This document shows positions 1 through 13,549 of a stretch of DNA of 64,000 bases, in pieces. The translations under genes and the position numbers were made by a program. The notes beneath the pieces were generated by a model. It worked only from the letters and a program-made list of their open reading frames with translations, made no database searches and was not told where the DNA came from. Each line of letters starts with the position of its first letter. Position 1 is the first letter of the stretch. The DNA comes from the human T2T-CHM13v2.0 reference genome, Homo sapiens. The stretch lies in the NCBI RefSeq assembly GCF_009914755.1, contig NC_060926.1, one strand, 5' to 3'.

Positions 1-536
1 TCCCACCAACAGCGTAAAAGCATTCCTATTCATCCACATCCTCTCCAGCATCTGTCGTTTCCTGACTTTTTAATGATCACCATTCTAACTGGTGTGAGAT
101 GGTATCTCATTGTGGTTTTGATTTGCATTTCTCTAATGACTAGTGATGATGAGCTCTTTTTCATGTTTGTTGGCCACATAAATGTCTTCTTTTGAGAAGT
201 GTCTGTTCATATCCTTTGCCCACTTTTTGATGGGGTTGTTTTTTTCTTGTAAATTTGTGTAAGTTTTTTGTAGATTCTGGATATTAGCCCTTTGTCAGCT
301 GGATAGATTGCAAAAATTTTCTCCCATTCTGTAGGTTGCCTGTTTACTCTGATGATAGTTTATTTTGCAGTGCAGAAGCTCTTCAGTTTAATTAGATCCC
401 ATTTGTCGATTTTGGCTTTTGTTGCCATTGCTTTTGGTGTTTTAGTCATGAAGTCTTTGGCCATGCCTATGTCCTGAATGGTATTGCTTAGGCTTTCTTC
501 TAAGATTTTTATGATTTTAGGTCTTACGTTTAAGTT
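1..536 (-). mobile_element. L1PA LINE-1 fragment (ORF2 3' region), continues off the left edge
   Basis: Typical antisense L1 text (gagaagtgtctgttcatatcctttgcccac, gcagaagctcttcagtttaattagatccc). Confidence 0.92.
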
Positions 537-1180
537 TTCTAGTTTCTTTTATTGGGAGAGGAATATGTAGTTAAAATTATTTTGTATTAAAAAGTTTGTC
601 CTGTCACAGTAACTTTATAGCTTAAGCATTTTCACCATTTTTATACATAATGACTCTAAATGTAATTTTGTTTTAATTTTTAAATTATGTATAGGAAACA
701 ATTGAGTGGTATACAATGAGTGTTAAAATTTCCTCTTAATCTTCTTCTTTTTACTTCTCAATGGGATCCATTAGTACTATTACTTGTTTTTAGAATGTAT
801 ACTTCTGTCATTCTTTGCTCTTTCTCTGAATATGTGAAGATTATTAGAATATAAATTTTTCTCCATTTGTTACAAACTCCTTGCAAACATAATTTTTTAT
901 GCTAAATTTCTGTTCTTTTGAAACTGGATGTTTTGGTTGCATTCCATTTTCCTTATTGTACTTTTAAAATGAAAAAAAATTTTTTTTCTTTCAGATCAGC
1001 CCCAGTAGCTTCTCAGATCCACCTTATCTGAAACATCTGATCTCTCCTAGCCACTTAAATAAAGTAACTTGTGAAAACACCTAACAGGCTCTTGGAATGA
1101 AGTCATGAGATGTATGTTTATTCTTCTGCCTCCTGTCTACTCACTCTTTTAACTCCTCAGCTACCAAGGTAGGGCAGATC

Positions 1181-2155
1181 AACTAACTAGCCCAGGGTTG
1201 AAGAGCTAATAAACACGGAAGCTGAGGCAGTCTGAGTCCAGAGTTCAGGCTCTTAACCACTGCGCTCTATAAAAGGCACAGAGCTAAGCACTGGGAATCT
1301 ACCAGGGAGCAAGACAGACCCCATCTCTGTCCTCTCTGGATCTTACCTGCTAGCCAGGAAGGACTGGTAAAGAGCAGACCATATTAACAATGTAATATGG
1401 CCTTCAGATCAACCATGATAGGAATCAATTTTAGCTGAACACCAATAACCCACATGTGTATTACAGTCTTATTGTGGGTGAGTACTTGGTATTAGGTGGT
1501 TATTGTCAAAGTGATAAGACCAGGTTCCTGCATTTGGTGAGACACCCACATAAATACAAATACCTAAACCTTTCATAATGTAACATACAGATTAATGTAA
1601 TATATTAATATAATATACATTAATATATCAATATATTATATATAACATATAATGCAAAAAGATGACAATGATGACAGGTGGAAGCGATCTAGGAGAAAGT
1701 TTTTTCTAACAGCCAGACTGGTGTCAAGACTGCACAGACTAAGGATGAATTCTGCCTCTGTCTTTCACCTCTTCTTGCTAAGCCAGAAGAGCCTCCTTTC
1801 TACAATGGAATATTATTCGTTATTTTCCAGTGTTGTAGGAGGAATCGTCGAGGGCTCAGGGAATGTTTCTCTTGTCCTTCACCCTTGTGTTTGTGCAGCT
1901 GCCCCATCACTTTTCCACTGTGGCATTTTGGCAATTGTAATTACATTGTTAATATGGTCTGCTCTTTACCAGTCCTTCCTGGCTAGCAGGTAAGATCCAG
2001 AGAGGACAGAGATGGGGTCTGTCTTGCTCCCTGGTAGATTCCCAGTGCTTAGCTCTGTGCCTTTTATAGAGTGCAGTGGTTAAGAGCCCGAACTCTGGAC
2101 TCAGACTGCCTCAGCTTCCGTGTTTATTAGCTCTTCGACTCTGGGCTAGTTAGTT
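1181..2155. repeat. 216-bp inverted duplication (1181-1396 / 1940-2155), 543-bp spacer
   Basis: The arms are reverse complements with 4 mismatches by my alignment. Confidence 0.93.
1870..2066 (+). mobile_element. L2 3'-end fragment
   Basis: gtaagatccagagaggacagagatggggtctgtcttgctc...cccagtgcttagc resembles the L2 tail. Confidence 0.55.
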
Positions 2156-2300
2156 AACCTTTCTGTGCTTCAGTTTCATCATCTGTGAAATGAGGATAAA
2201 AATGGTGTGTATCTCTTTGGGTTATGATGAGGATCAAATAAATTAGTATTTAAATTAAAACATATATCTAACACTGTAAATGCTTGTTAAATAAATAACA
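2067..2300 (+). mobile_element. MIR SINE
   Basis: agtggttaagagc...ctgtgcttcagtttcatcatctgtgaaatgaggataa MIR core. Confidence 0.85.
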
Positions 2301-2339
2301 GTTTCTCAATATCTTCAAAGGAAAAAATAAATGGGTCTT

Positions 2340-2816
2340 TGTCAGCCCTTTCCAGTGAGCTGAGTGTGTCCTGCTGGCCCCCTATCGACTTCACTAGGGA
2401 TGACACCATGTTCAAGAGACCGAAGAAGAGACCCAGAGCCAGCGAACGAGTCATAGAGTTGATTGAGGGGACTTATATACAGGGTGTTCCAGTGGTGGCA
2501 GGCTGGACAGGAGAACCACTACCCTTTGTTAAAAGCATGGAATATCGATAGCTTTTTCACTTAGCATTCTCCCCCTAGTGACCTCCACCTGGCAATCTTC
2601 ATTTAACCCAACACAAAGGGCTTTGATTCCCTGTATGGCTTGCATTCTGTGGGGTGGGCCAGGGGTTCAGATGTTCCTTATAGATAAGGAATGAATCTCT
2701 GGGTTGGCTACTCCTGGATTCCTTAGCTTGGAACCTTGAACACACATTCTTTTTAGACCATAGGGTCATTCTGAGGGTATGTTTAAGTTATTGCTGTCAG
2801 GTGCATCTGCCATGCA
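2340..2816 (-). mobile_element. Solo ERV LTR (LTR47-like)
   Basis: TG...CA ends. The - strand begins tgcatggcagatgcacctgacagcaataacttaaacataccc, which I recall as LTR47-like. Family uncertain. Confidence 0.6.
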
Positions 2817-5039
2817 GGGTAGAATATTGCAGTCCTTTGCTTTGACACATAGTTTGGCCCATGGGATGGCTGAACTCCCATGAACAAAATTGTCCTCATT
2901 GGGAACATATTAACCAAGAAACATAGCTTTATACTTGTGATAGTCTGACTCTCATGATTGTGAATTGTACCTAGTCAAAGTCATTAATAGCAGTTTATTG
3001 ATAGAGCGATGGAAGCGGTGAGGAGTATGTTAAAAAATTTAACTCCTTTCTATTCTACCATTCTCCGCTGAACCTGTGCAACATTCAGTCAAAAGTAAAG
3101 TGTTTTATTTAAAGTCAAAACAATAGTCACCTGAGGTTTAAATTTTTGGGTGCTTAACAGGGATCAGAAAGACTGGTCGGAGTTGTAAAAATGCACAATG
3201 CAGTTTTCTGCTTTCAGACTGTCCCTGTCTCTCAGGTCCACTTGGTTCCATCTTTGCTTCAAAGTCTAGGTGGAGAAGCAAACGCAAACCTGTTAAGACA
3301 AATAAATGACAAAGACAACAAAACAAACAAACAAAACTTCCCAGGAGGGTGAAGGGCCAATCCTTGTAAGTCTTGAACGTGGTTGGGGCATCTAGCAGTA
3401 TTTTTGCATTTGGACAATAGTGTAAAGAGCACTGAAACTTGAAAGTGAGAAAATTAAATGGCAGTTATTTCCCCAAGGTAGTGATGACTCATGTGTGCAT
3501 GCTCCTTTCTAGTTTCCAGTGTATTTTCACATATAGTGTCATATCTGTCTCATTCTCCTTTCAGGGGGGGCATGATTGTTTCCATTTTGACTTTGCCCTT
3601 GTGCACCTATCTGGTACAGTGGTTATTTATGTACATTTGTCTGCTACAAAATTCAACAGGTACAAAAAGGTATTCCCCAAAACTTAAGTCTCCATCCCCA
3701 CCCTGTCTCCCAACTACCCAGGTGATCTCCCTGGGGATAACCACTATTTATTTGTGTCCTTTGCAGTTACAAGCACATGCACACATGCTTTATTTGGTCC
3801 CCACTGCAACCTTGCATGCAACACAATAGATGCTGTTCTGAACTGGGTTCTTTTCACTCTTTATGTATCTTGAGGATTATCCCATGTTGGTGCACACAGA
3901 CATGTGCCACATGCTATATATCAGTTGCTTAGTATTTCACTTATTCAATTAATCTCCCACTAAAGGATACTTAGGTTGTTTCTAGTATCTTCCTATACAA
4001 AGACTGTTAACAGTGAATAATCTTGTATATATATCATTTGATACCTGTACAATGACACTAGTATAGTAGTTTTAAAAGCTATTTGGTTGACAGAGAACTT
4101 GGAAGTCATGATTTTTTTTTTTGTAGAAAAAAATGGTAACATATTGTATGTAAAACAACTAAAGATTTGAGCTAGAGTAGAGATTGCCTTATACTTAGAT
4201 ATAAGCGGGTGGTCTGAGTTTAAGGCGAAAATGATAGGAAGCCATCAGGCTCCATGAGAGGGGATTCTTGTCTTTTGGGTCCCCACACTATCACCAGCAC
4301 CTGGGACACCCGCACACAGAGTTCAGCTCTATAATTCTGTGTCAAATTGATAGTGAGCACAACACTTTCTTACCTGCCTACTCACAGGGTTGCTGTGGGA
4401 GTCCCATGAAATTAATTTTTTTTAATAAACCTGAAAGTACAACATAGAAGATATCATCATTATTTGTAGAGTACTTATATTATGTTGCTCATCTTGTTTC
4501 TAGTAGTAGCTCTAGATTTTAAAGGAATCTCTAGCATGATCAGTGAACATGATTGATGTAGGAATTTTCTAGATTAGTTTGGGGCTTCCATTTAATTCTA
4601 AAATGAAAATTTTACTTTCAGCTTCATGCCTAACAAGCAGAGTTTGATGTACCTAGTCTAACATTTTTCTGACAATTTGCAGCCATCACTGTCAACATTG
4701 AAAAATCTGTGTTAGATAGTGAGGCTTTTAAATAATGCCATCAATATACCTGTCTCTAAAAGTCTTCTATCCATTCTGCCATTTCTAATCTAGCCTAGGC
4801 AGGAAAAGCAGACCTGGATAATTCATCACTGTGTCTCAAGTGTAAGTAAACTGCTTTGAACCACAGTTTATAGGGGGCGTGGGTAGCCTGGAAAGGATCA
4901 CTCTGAAAGGAGTAGAATACTCTCTTAGAGAAAAAGAAAGTGTGGTAGACAGAAGGGATATTCAAAGTATAATGGTGGTGACTGAGTTATGTGTTAGAAA
5001 CAGTTTTGTCTAGTCCGACTAGAAGGAATTAACTTGGAT

Positions 5040-5720
5040 TTTCAAATTCAACAAATATTGACTGAGCACCTTCTGTGTGCTTCAGGCAGTTAGTAAACTA
5101 TGAGAAAATAAAATGTGTCAGGTAGTGATAAATACCACAGCAATAAATAAATAAATAAATAGGGAAGGAAGGGAGAGAAAGAAGGAAAGAAAGAAAAGAA
5201 AGAAAGATAGATACCTAAGTACTTGTATGTACAGAGGAATGGGAATACCATAGGTGAGCTTGCATGTAGGTGGTCAGGGAAGAACTCCCTGGTAAGGTGA
5301 CCTCTGAGCAGAGACCTGAAGGAGGTGAGGGAGCCAACAGTAAGTGCAGTGGCCCCATGGCAGTACCTGCATAATCTGTTCCAGGAAAAGGAGAGGGAGT
5401 CAGTTTGGCTGCAGCAGGGTGAGCAGGTGGAGAACAGGAGCAGGCAAAGTTGGTGACATGGTGGCTGGCTCATCACAGAGGGCCTTGGGAAGCCCTGGGA
5501 AGCCCCTGGCTTTTACTCTGAGTGACATGGGATGCCGTTAGTAGGTTTTGAGCAATTGAGTGACATGAGCTTCCTTCTTGGTTGCTGCATAGAGGGGAGA
5601 TGCAGAAAAACCAGTTAGGAGACTGCTATAAAATCGAGACTGGAGATGAAGGTGGCTCTGAAATATCAGAACCTTAAGATGCTTGGGTAAGTGGAGAAGA
5701 CCAGTTAGGGAGACCCTTAC
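5040..5720 (-). mobile_element. L2 LINE fragment with internal (TAAA)n/(GAAA)n tract
   Basis: attcaacaaatattgactgagcacc; ggtgacctctgagcagagacctgaagg; ggttttgagcaa. Confidence 0.8.
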
Positions 5721-6094
5721 TAATAACAATGGAAAACAGCCATTGATCTTCAAAGGAAGACTCCTGATACCAAGCCTCCTGCATTTCTCTTCCTGATAGG
5801 CTATTCTAGCCAGCATCTTCACGGCCCTATTTCTTACCTGGCAGAAGAACCACAATGTAAAACGCTGTTATCAGTAAGCTTCAGTTTTGTAAACACCACA
5901 ATCCCCAAAATAGTCATATTGCTAAAGTGTTTGCCAACATTTAAAACCCTTTTCTAAGGTTATTGATAACCTCTTTGTCGAATTTAGTGGCACTTGTTCC
6001 TTTTTAATCCCCCTCCACATCTTCTTGGACTTCTGTCATCCTAATGCTGGATTTTTATTCTCTTTCTCCTGAATCCTGGCCTTTTGGTGTGTGC

Positions 6095-6803
6095 TGTTGA
6101 CTGAAAAAAATCACAAATCTGTAAATTTGGAAAGGAGGGCTTTATTTCTAAAAGAGGGTACCACAACCTGCAGGCAGGAAGCAGAGCCTCTGGCAGAAAC
6201 TGAAAAGCAATGCTTCCAAAGAGGGGCAAAAGGAACAGGAACTTACACCAAGCAGGGTGGCCGGGTATACATATTCAGCAGGTTATGGGGGAGCTATGAA
6301 TATTCACGAGAGGGTGGCCTGCACGTGTGCAGTAGGCTAACGTGTATGCAACATGTGTCCCACGTTCACCTGGGAGTGGAGACTTAACGTAAATATATTA
6401 CAGTTAGGCTCTTTATATCAAAAGATGAAGCAAAGGACACAATAGCCGTTTGTGTGCATCCTCCGTAGACTGGCCAGAACCACGCCGTGGCTGGTGGTCT
6501 CTTACCAGGAAGGAGTGCTGGTCAGTCCTTGCGCTGAAACGCAGAAGGGATGGGCAGCGTCAGGTGGTTGGTCCATATCAGTGGGGATGTCTTTTGAAAG
6601 GGCTGGTTTCTATTTAGCCCGTAGGGAGGGAAGAAAGCCTAATTGTGGTTAGTGAGGAGGGGGTATAATGAGGTGTGTCTGACTTCCCCCCCACATCTCG
6701 TTATGACCGTGAACTTAGTTTTCAAGGTTACTCTGGGGTCCCCTTGGCCAAGAGGAGGTCCATTCAGTAGGGTGGTGGCTTAGCATTTTATCTTAGGTTT
6801 ACA
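6095..6803 (-). mobile_element. 3' LTR of class I ERV (MER4-group; LTR39/LTR29/MER101-like)
   Basis: On the - strand it starts TGTAAAC and ends GTCAACA, immediately after a polypurine tract (aaaagggggagaa, 6804-6816). Confidence 0.85.
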
Positions 6804-6899
6804 TTCTCCCCCTTTTGGCTGAGATTTGTCAGAGGCAACAGTGATGGCCAAACTTATTTTCTCCTGTAACATTGCCAGAGTGATTTGGCTACCTGCCCC

Positions 6900-8426
6900 A
6901 GGTCCTGTCCCTTGATGGGACCCCTATGGTCAAGGGACTTAGAGCCAAAAGACCTACAGCCAATTAAATATTGTAGGCCAGACTGGAATGGAGGTGGGCA
7001 GGCACTAAGTAACCCTTAAAACTTTTTGAGCAATATAAGAGCCGAAACCAAAGCCAAAAGGCGAGGTTACGAAATGGACTTATCTATATGTTTTTCATGT
7101 TGAGCCACCATAAACTTGGTTTTAGGTACAGACTTGCAATAATTAGTTATATAGAACACAAGCATTTTGATCATCAGAAAAAGGAACAAAGTGGTGAGTT
7201 ATGACATTACCACACTTACGACAAGGGTTTGCAAGGTGGATCCAAACCAATTTCCAAATATGTAGGGAGCCAGCTGTAAGATCATTGAGGGGGTCTGTAA
7301 TGTGTAGTTGGTACTTCTTGTAACCCTTTGGCTTGTTTGGAAATTTTTTCTGTATGGGTTTCTACCTCACCTGGTGTTGATGTCCGTACAACAGGTGGTT
7401 TGAGTCACTGCACAGACTCCTTGTTTGGCTAGAAGAAAATCTCATGCAGCCCAGTGATCTAAAACCACTTGAGTTAAATTTCTTGGCTCAATTTTTGTGG
7501 TGCTGCAATACGTTTTGTGGTTTCATCAGCAGTTTTTCCTAGGGTGGCCAATAGATTTCTTATCATGTCTCTATTTGCATAAACCCCGTAACTGGGAACT
7601 GCTATACCCAAAAAGGCTCTGCCACCAGGTGTTTTGATATCCTCCTGGTAACTCATTTTTTAGTCTGTGGAAAGCAGGAAACCTCTCATTATTGGGCTGG
7701 ATGGAGAAGGGGGCTGCTCAGTATCCCAATAAACAAGAACCTTTGTGCAGGCTGTCAGAGCAGCAGTGTGCTACCCTAGTGTGGGTGGGTCAGATCCTAT
7801 GCCACTTATAAACATAATCTGGGGGATCACAAGTGATACCCCCAAGAGTATGTTCTTTGATGGACTCATTCATAGGAAGTGCCTACAATACTAAATTTAA
7901 AAATGGGTCGCTTCTCTCACAAGCTTTCCAAAATCCATTCATATGACATTTTAAATATAAGTATTGTTGGCATAATGGGGATGAAGTTTTACATTATTTG
8001 CTTGATCTAGACTGCATTTGTCTACCCAGTAGTTCATAGATTGAGAGGGTCTCAAGGTATAGAATGAATGTACAGCATTAGTAACAGGAGACAAATTAAA
8101 ACAAGGGGTGGTCATATTTGGCTGTGCAAGCAATTGTACCCATAAAGTTGACAAGGAATGGAATTGGTCCAGGTAACTGGTGACATCAGGGAAATTGGAA
8201 AAGTCCATGATGGATATTATTAATGGCAGATGTTTATTGTGAATGGATTTAGGAAGCCTGTGGACATATCCAACAATCCAGTGTTTCCTCTGGTGGCAAC
8301 ACTTTGGGACAGTTTAACCAGAGAATTATCATGCTATTTCATATATTGGGTTAGGGGGACAATTACAAGGAGGTGGGAGAAGGCTGTTAATGCCATAAGA
8401 ACAAAGGAAGAAAGGGAAACAAACAT
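6900..8426 (-). pseudogene. ERV env remnant (gamma-type)
   Basis: Hydrophobic signal peptide from ATG 8426; CWIC (CXXC) at 8264-8275; fusion peptide AFLGIAVPSYGVY; immunosuppressive-domain-like VVLDHWAA*DFLLAKQ and CX6CC (CAVTQTTCC) at ~7388-7470. Contains stops and frameshifts. Confidence 0.88.
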
Positions 8427-10719
8427 TAAAACTATTTAAAGAATTCAAACCAAAGGAGAAACCACAGGTTCCATACAATCTCAAGGGAACTGTCAGACAA
8501 GCTTTGGGGATTATCTTTGAAGTAAAAGAGCACCTGACTTACAAGAAATGAAATAACAGTGTCCTCAGAGAAAAGGGTCATGAATCCTGTCTAATTTTGA
8601 CAGTGTGTGTGTTGGAGGGAGTTTATAAGTATTTTAACTAACTGTGGGTATCTAAATGTTGGGATTTATGGGGTTGCCACAATGTGGCCTAGCATATATA
8701 GAATTCCTTTATAACAATTAAAGCGACTATAAAGTAGATGTAGGGCTAGGCATTTAGAAGATGGTGGTGGGTATTTCCCCGTTTACATAAGGCAACAATA
8801 ATTGTAAAAATTCCTAAACCTGAAACACCAAGTGTGATAGCCAATAGAAGGGGAGTATAAGTGTTTATCTGAATACACGCCTGGCCAGAGTCTTATGAAG
8901 GCAGTTCACTGTCGTTGTTGCCTTTTCTTTGAGCCCAAGGATGAGGCTTTGGTTAACTTGAGTTTGGTGTTAGATACCAGCATCAATATCCATGATTCAG
9001 CAGGGGTAGGTGCCATTTTCGGATGAGATATGTTTACCCAGGAGTCAACTCCCTATAAATTAACAGCACAAGGATTAGTCAACAATATTTGATAAGGCTG
9101 TTTCCAGTGGGGCTGGAGGGAGTCTTTTAACTGATACCTTTTCAAGTATACATAGTCAATAGGTTGGAGGTCGTGATGCTGCAGTTTTTGGCCTGAATGG
9201 AAGCTGTAAGAAGATTCTCCCACCTTGTGGTGGTTGATCCTTATAGCTTTTATGAGCCCCTGGCAATAAGCCAGGAGTTCCCCCTATAATGAGGTCGAAG
9301 AAATATTCCTTGGTCTGAGGGAATGGACCAACCAGTAACAATTTCAAAAGGAGAGAGTCAATGTTCTCTGGTAGGAGTGGACTGCAGAATCAGTAGTACT
9401 AGTGAAATGGCTTTAGGCCAGGACAAAATTAAAAGTTTTTGTGACTTTTGCCAGACCAGCTGTCTTTTAATGATTTCATCAATCTGCTCAACTAGCCCAG
9501 AGGACTGCAAGTGATAGGCACAGTGAAAATGCTGTAGAATGGGCCAGATTTTTCAAACTCTTTCCAGTACCTGGCTGGTGAAACGAGTTCCCCTATCACT
9601 GCAAAGTTCAAACACACCAGATAGGAATGATTTTCCTAGGTAGTATTTTGGCCGCCCGCAGACCTGTGGCTTATTGGCAAGGGAAAGCTGCAACCCAGTG
9701 AGAATACATGTCAACCATTGCAAGCACATATTTGTTTTCATACCACTATGGGATGATGGTAGCTGAATGAAATCAAGTTGCCAGATAGCAAGTGGACCAC
9801 TGGGGAGTGAGAATTGGCCTGGAGGGGGCTTTAGGGACTTACCTGGGTTGTACTGGGCCAACACATTGCGAAGTTTGTATACCTGAGACACGACACTTGG
9901 GCAAAGTCCCCAATAGTTTTGTCTACCTTGTTGGATCATTTTGTCTGGATTCCAATGGGTCAGATTAAAATCTGTCTTTGCAGAGTGCTGGCTAAAATTG
10001 GATGTTCGTTTGGACCTTCCTATAATTTTGTCTCGGGGGTTGAAAGAACAATTTTGTTTTATTTACCTCCGTCTTTCAGACTCTGAAACTGTCTTTTGTG
10101 AGACAGTCAGAGTATGGAAAGGACATCTTCAGATAAGGAAGAGAACAAGGGAGAGGAGGAGTAGAGGTAGAAAGAGAGGTAGAGGGTCAAGTATCCATAA
10201 GTGGAGAAGAAGTCACTCACAGGTTATCGCTAAAGTGATAGCTTTGGCTGCTTCATCTGCAGCATGGTTGTCTTTGTTGTCCTTTGTCTTGTCAAGGGAA
10301 GGTCCCTAGACTTTGATATTGGCTAGGGCTCAAGGAGTCTGAAAGGCATCCAAGAGGGCCAAAACAAAATCTTTGTTTCTAATAGACTGTCCAGAGGAAC
10401 TTAAAAATCCTCTGTCTCCAGAGCATGCCAAAATCATGAGCAACTCCAAAGGCACATCTGCTGTCTATATAAATATTAGCCATTTTATCATTGGCCAGTA
10501 GGCAGGCCCAAGTGAGGGCATGTAGTTCCCCCTGTTGGGCAGATCTGGCCCCTGGCATGGGGCCTGATTCAGTGGTCTTTATCAGAGAGACCACCACATA
10601 GCCTGCCCAATAGGAACCAGCACGGTCTCTGAGAAAAAAGATCCATCAGTGTACCAGATAAAATCTGGATTGGATAAGGGAGTCTCTTAAAAGTCCATGC
10701 AGGGTGAGAGAAGGGTGTC

Positions 10720-11094
10720 TTATATGGTTTGGCTCTGTGTCCCCACCCAAATCTCATCTTGAATTGTAATCCCCATAATCTCCACATGTTGAGGGAGTGA
10801 CCTGGCGGGAGGGGATTGGATCATGGGGGTGGTTTCCCCCATGCTTTTCTCATAGTAGTGAGTGAGTTCTCATGAGATCTGATGGTTTTATAAGAGGCTC
10901 TTTCTCCTTTGCTCTTGCTTCTCTCTCTCGCCTGCCACCATGTAAGATGTGCCTACTTCCCCTTCTGCCATGATTCTAAGTTTCCTGAGGCCTCCCCAGC
11001 CACTGTGGAACTGTGAGTCAATTAAACCTCTTTCTTTATAAATTACCCAGCTTCAGGGAAGTTCTTTATCGCAGTGTGAAAATGGACTAATACA
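10720..11094 (+). mobile_element. THE1 (THE1C/D-like) MaLR solo LTR inserted in ERV pol
   Basis: t(t)atatggtttggctctgtgtccccacccaaatc...ggactaataca; 5-bp TSD gtgtc at 10715-10719 and 11095-11099. Confidence 0.93.
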
Positions 11095-11900
11095 GTGTCT
11101 GTGAAAGCAGTAGAGTCATGGAAGATACCCTCTTCAGGTAAAGGCAAGAGGATAAGAGGGTTAAGGAGGCTGCAACAAACTATGGTTAGGTTACAAGAGG
11201 AGGAGAAGAAAAGTATCTCCTAGCAAGTTAGTTGACTGGCTGAAAGATGCTTAGTGTGGTGAGAGGTGAGAATGTGGAATACATAGTGAGAGGGAATTCC
11301 ATTATTAATGTTTTGGTAGCCTTAATGAGGGTGGAAATGGCAGCAATTGCCCTCAAACAGGTGGCAGTTCTTGAGCTATGGAGTCTGCTTGTTGACTGTA
11401 ATACCCACTTGGCTGCTTGCTGTTCCTGTGGGGCTGAGTTAGGGCTCTCATGGTGTTTCCTTCTGGTTTATGGACAAGAAGGGAAAAGAGGAGATCATAA
11501 TTTGGCTGTCCTAGAGTGGGAGGTGAGGTGAGTTGACCTTTTGGGTCTTTGAAGGCCTGTTAGTTTTTGGGGTCCAAATAAGGGAGTCAGGGGAGGAAAC
11601 TTTAAACAAAGCATATAGAAGTTGTGCCATCAAAGACAAGTTGGGGACCCAAGTTCTGCAGTATCCTGCAAGTCCAAGAAACCCTCTAAGCTGTTTCTTA
11701 GGGGTCTGGAGAGGAAAGGAAAAGAGAAGGGTCAGTATTTAAGCCTAAAGGGGTTAATGTGTGTCCAAGAAACTTAATAGAATCCAGACAAAGCTGCAGC
11801 TTGTCTTTAGAGATCTTGTGTCCCTTAAAGGCTAGCTGGTGGATCAAGTGAAGTATGTCAGTAAGACGAGTGTCTTGTGAGGCATAAAAGTAAATCATCA

Positions 11901-12152
11901 GGGTGGGCGTGGTGGCTCATGCCTGTAATCCCAGCACTTTGGGAGCCAAGGTAGGCAGATTGCTTGAGTTCAAGAGTCAAGACCAGCCTGGGAAACACAG
12001 GGAGACCCCATCTCTCCAAAAATTAGCTGGGTCTTTAGTGTGCATCTACCAACCGTCCCAGCTACTTGGGAGGCTGAGGCTGCAGTGAGCCAAGATTGCA
12101 CCACTGCACTCCAGTCTGGGTGACAGAGTGAGATCCCATTTAAACAAAAAAA
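11901..12152 (+). mobile_element. Alu (AluJ-like, internal deletion in right arm) inside ERV RT
   Basis: Alu consensus and poly(A); TSD aaaag(t/g)aaatcatca at 11886-11900 and 12153-12167. Confidence 0.93.
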
Positions 12153-12866
12153 AAAAGGAAATCATCAATGCATTGTAACAGGGTAGAGTTGTGGGGGAAG
12201 ATCATGCCCCTTAAATCAGCTTGTAAAATGTGAGAAAAACAAGTGAGGCAATCTGTATCCCTGGAGAAGGACTGTGCAGGTGAACTGTTTGCCTTTCCAC
12301 GTGAAGGCAAAGAGAAACTGACTTCCTGGGTTGACAGGGATGCTGAAAGAGGTGCCACTGAGATCAATAGCTGAGGAACATCAAGTGTCAACAGGTGTGT
12401 TAGGATTGTATGTGGGTCTGGCGTAGTGGGGTGCTGAGGTATAACAATATTGTTAATGGCTCTTAGGTCTTGAGACCTCCATCCCTTTCCATTTGGTTTC
12501 TGGACAGGCAGTATGGGCATGCTGCAGGGGCTAGTGCAAGGGACTATGAATCCCTTGGAGAGGAAATCATTAATAATGGGCTGTCTACCAGCCAAAGCTT
12601 CAGGATTGAGGAGACCCTGCCTTACATTAGGTAGAGGTTTGTTGGGGTCTAAATGTATGGTAATAGGTGGTGCTGAGTGAATTAGACCTACATCAGTGTT
12701 AGATTTAGCCAAGTGTATCAGGCGGTTCTCTTAAAGCCAGGTGCTGAGTGGCAACTGAGTAATTAGTGACAGACAAGGGAAAGACATGTAAGGTCAATTG
12801 ATACGGTTTCTGAAGGAGAGACCTGCAGAATGGTATCTCCCTAATGAGAAAAAGAAATATGAGCCT

Positions 12867-13500
<634 letters not shown>

Positions 13501-13549
13501 TGTCTCCCCACAGTACCCCTATTCTTGTAATGAAGTAAGGAACTGGTCT

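Larger units (their letters stand above)
8960..12720 (-). pseudogene. ERV pol remnant (RT, RNase H, integrase), interrupted by Alu and THE1
   Basis: RT: SPCSMPILPVQKPNGKGWR..QDLRAIN, LLQCIDD. RNase H: WYTDGS, SAQQGELHAL, NIYIDSRCAFG. Integrase: WQLDFIQLP, SDRGTRFT, LQPHWKQPYQILL. Confidence 0.93.

Noticed and set aside
981-1070. Strong-looking splice acceptor tttttttctttcag at ~994
   Set aside because: No convincing coding frame or CERS6 similarity; such tracts are common in introns.
12140-12712. 190-aa ORF, the longest in the track
   Set aside because: Frameshifted ERV RT fragment that runs into an Alu tail; not a functional gene.
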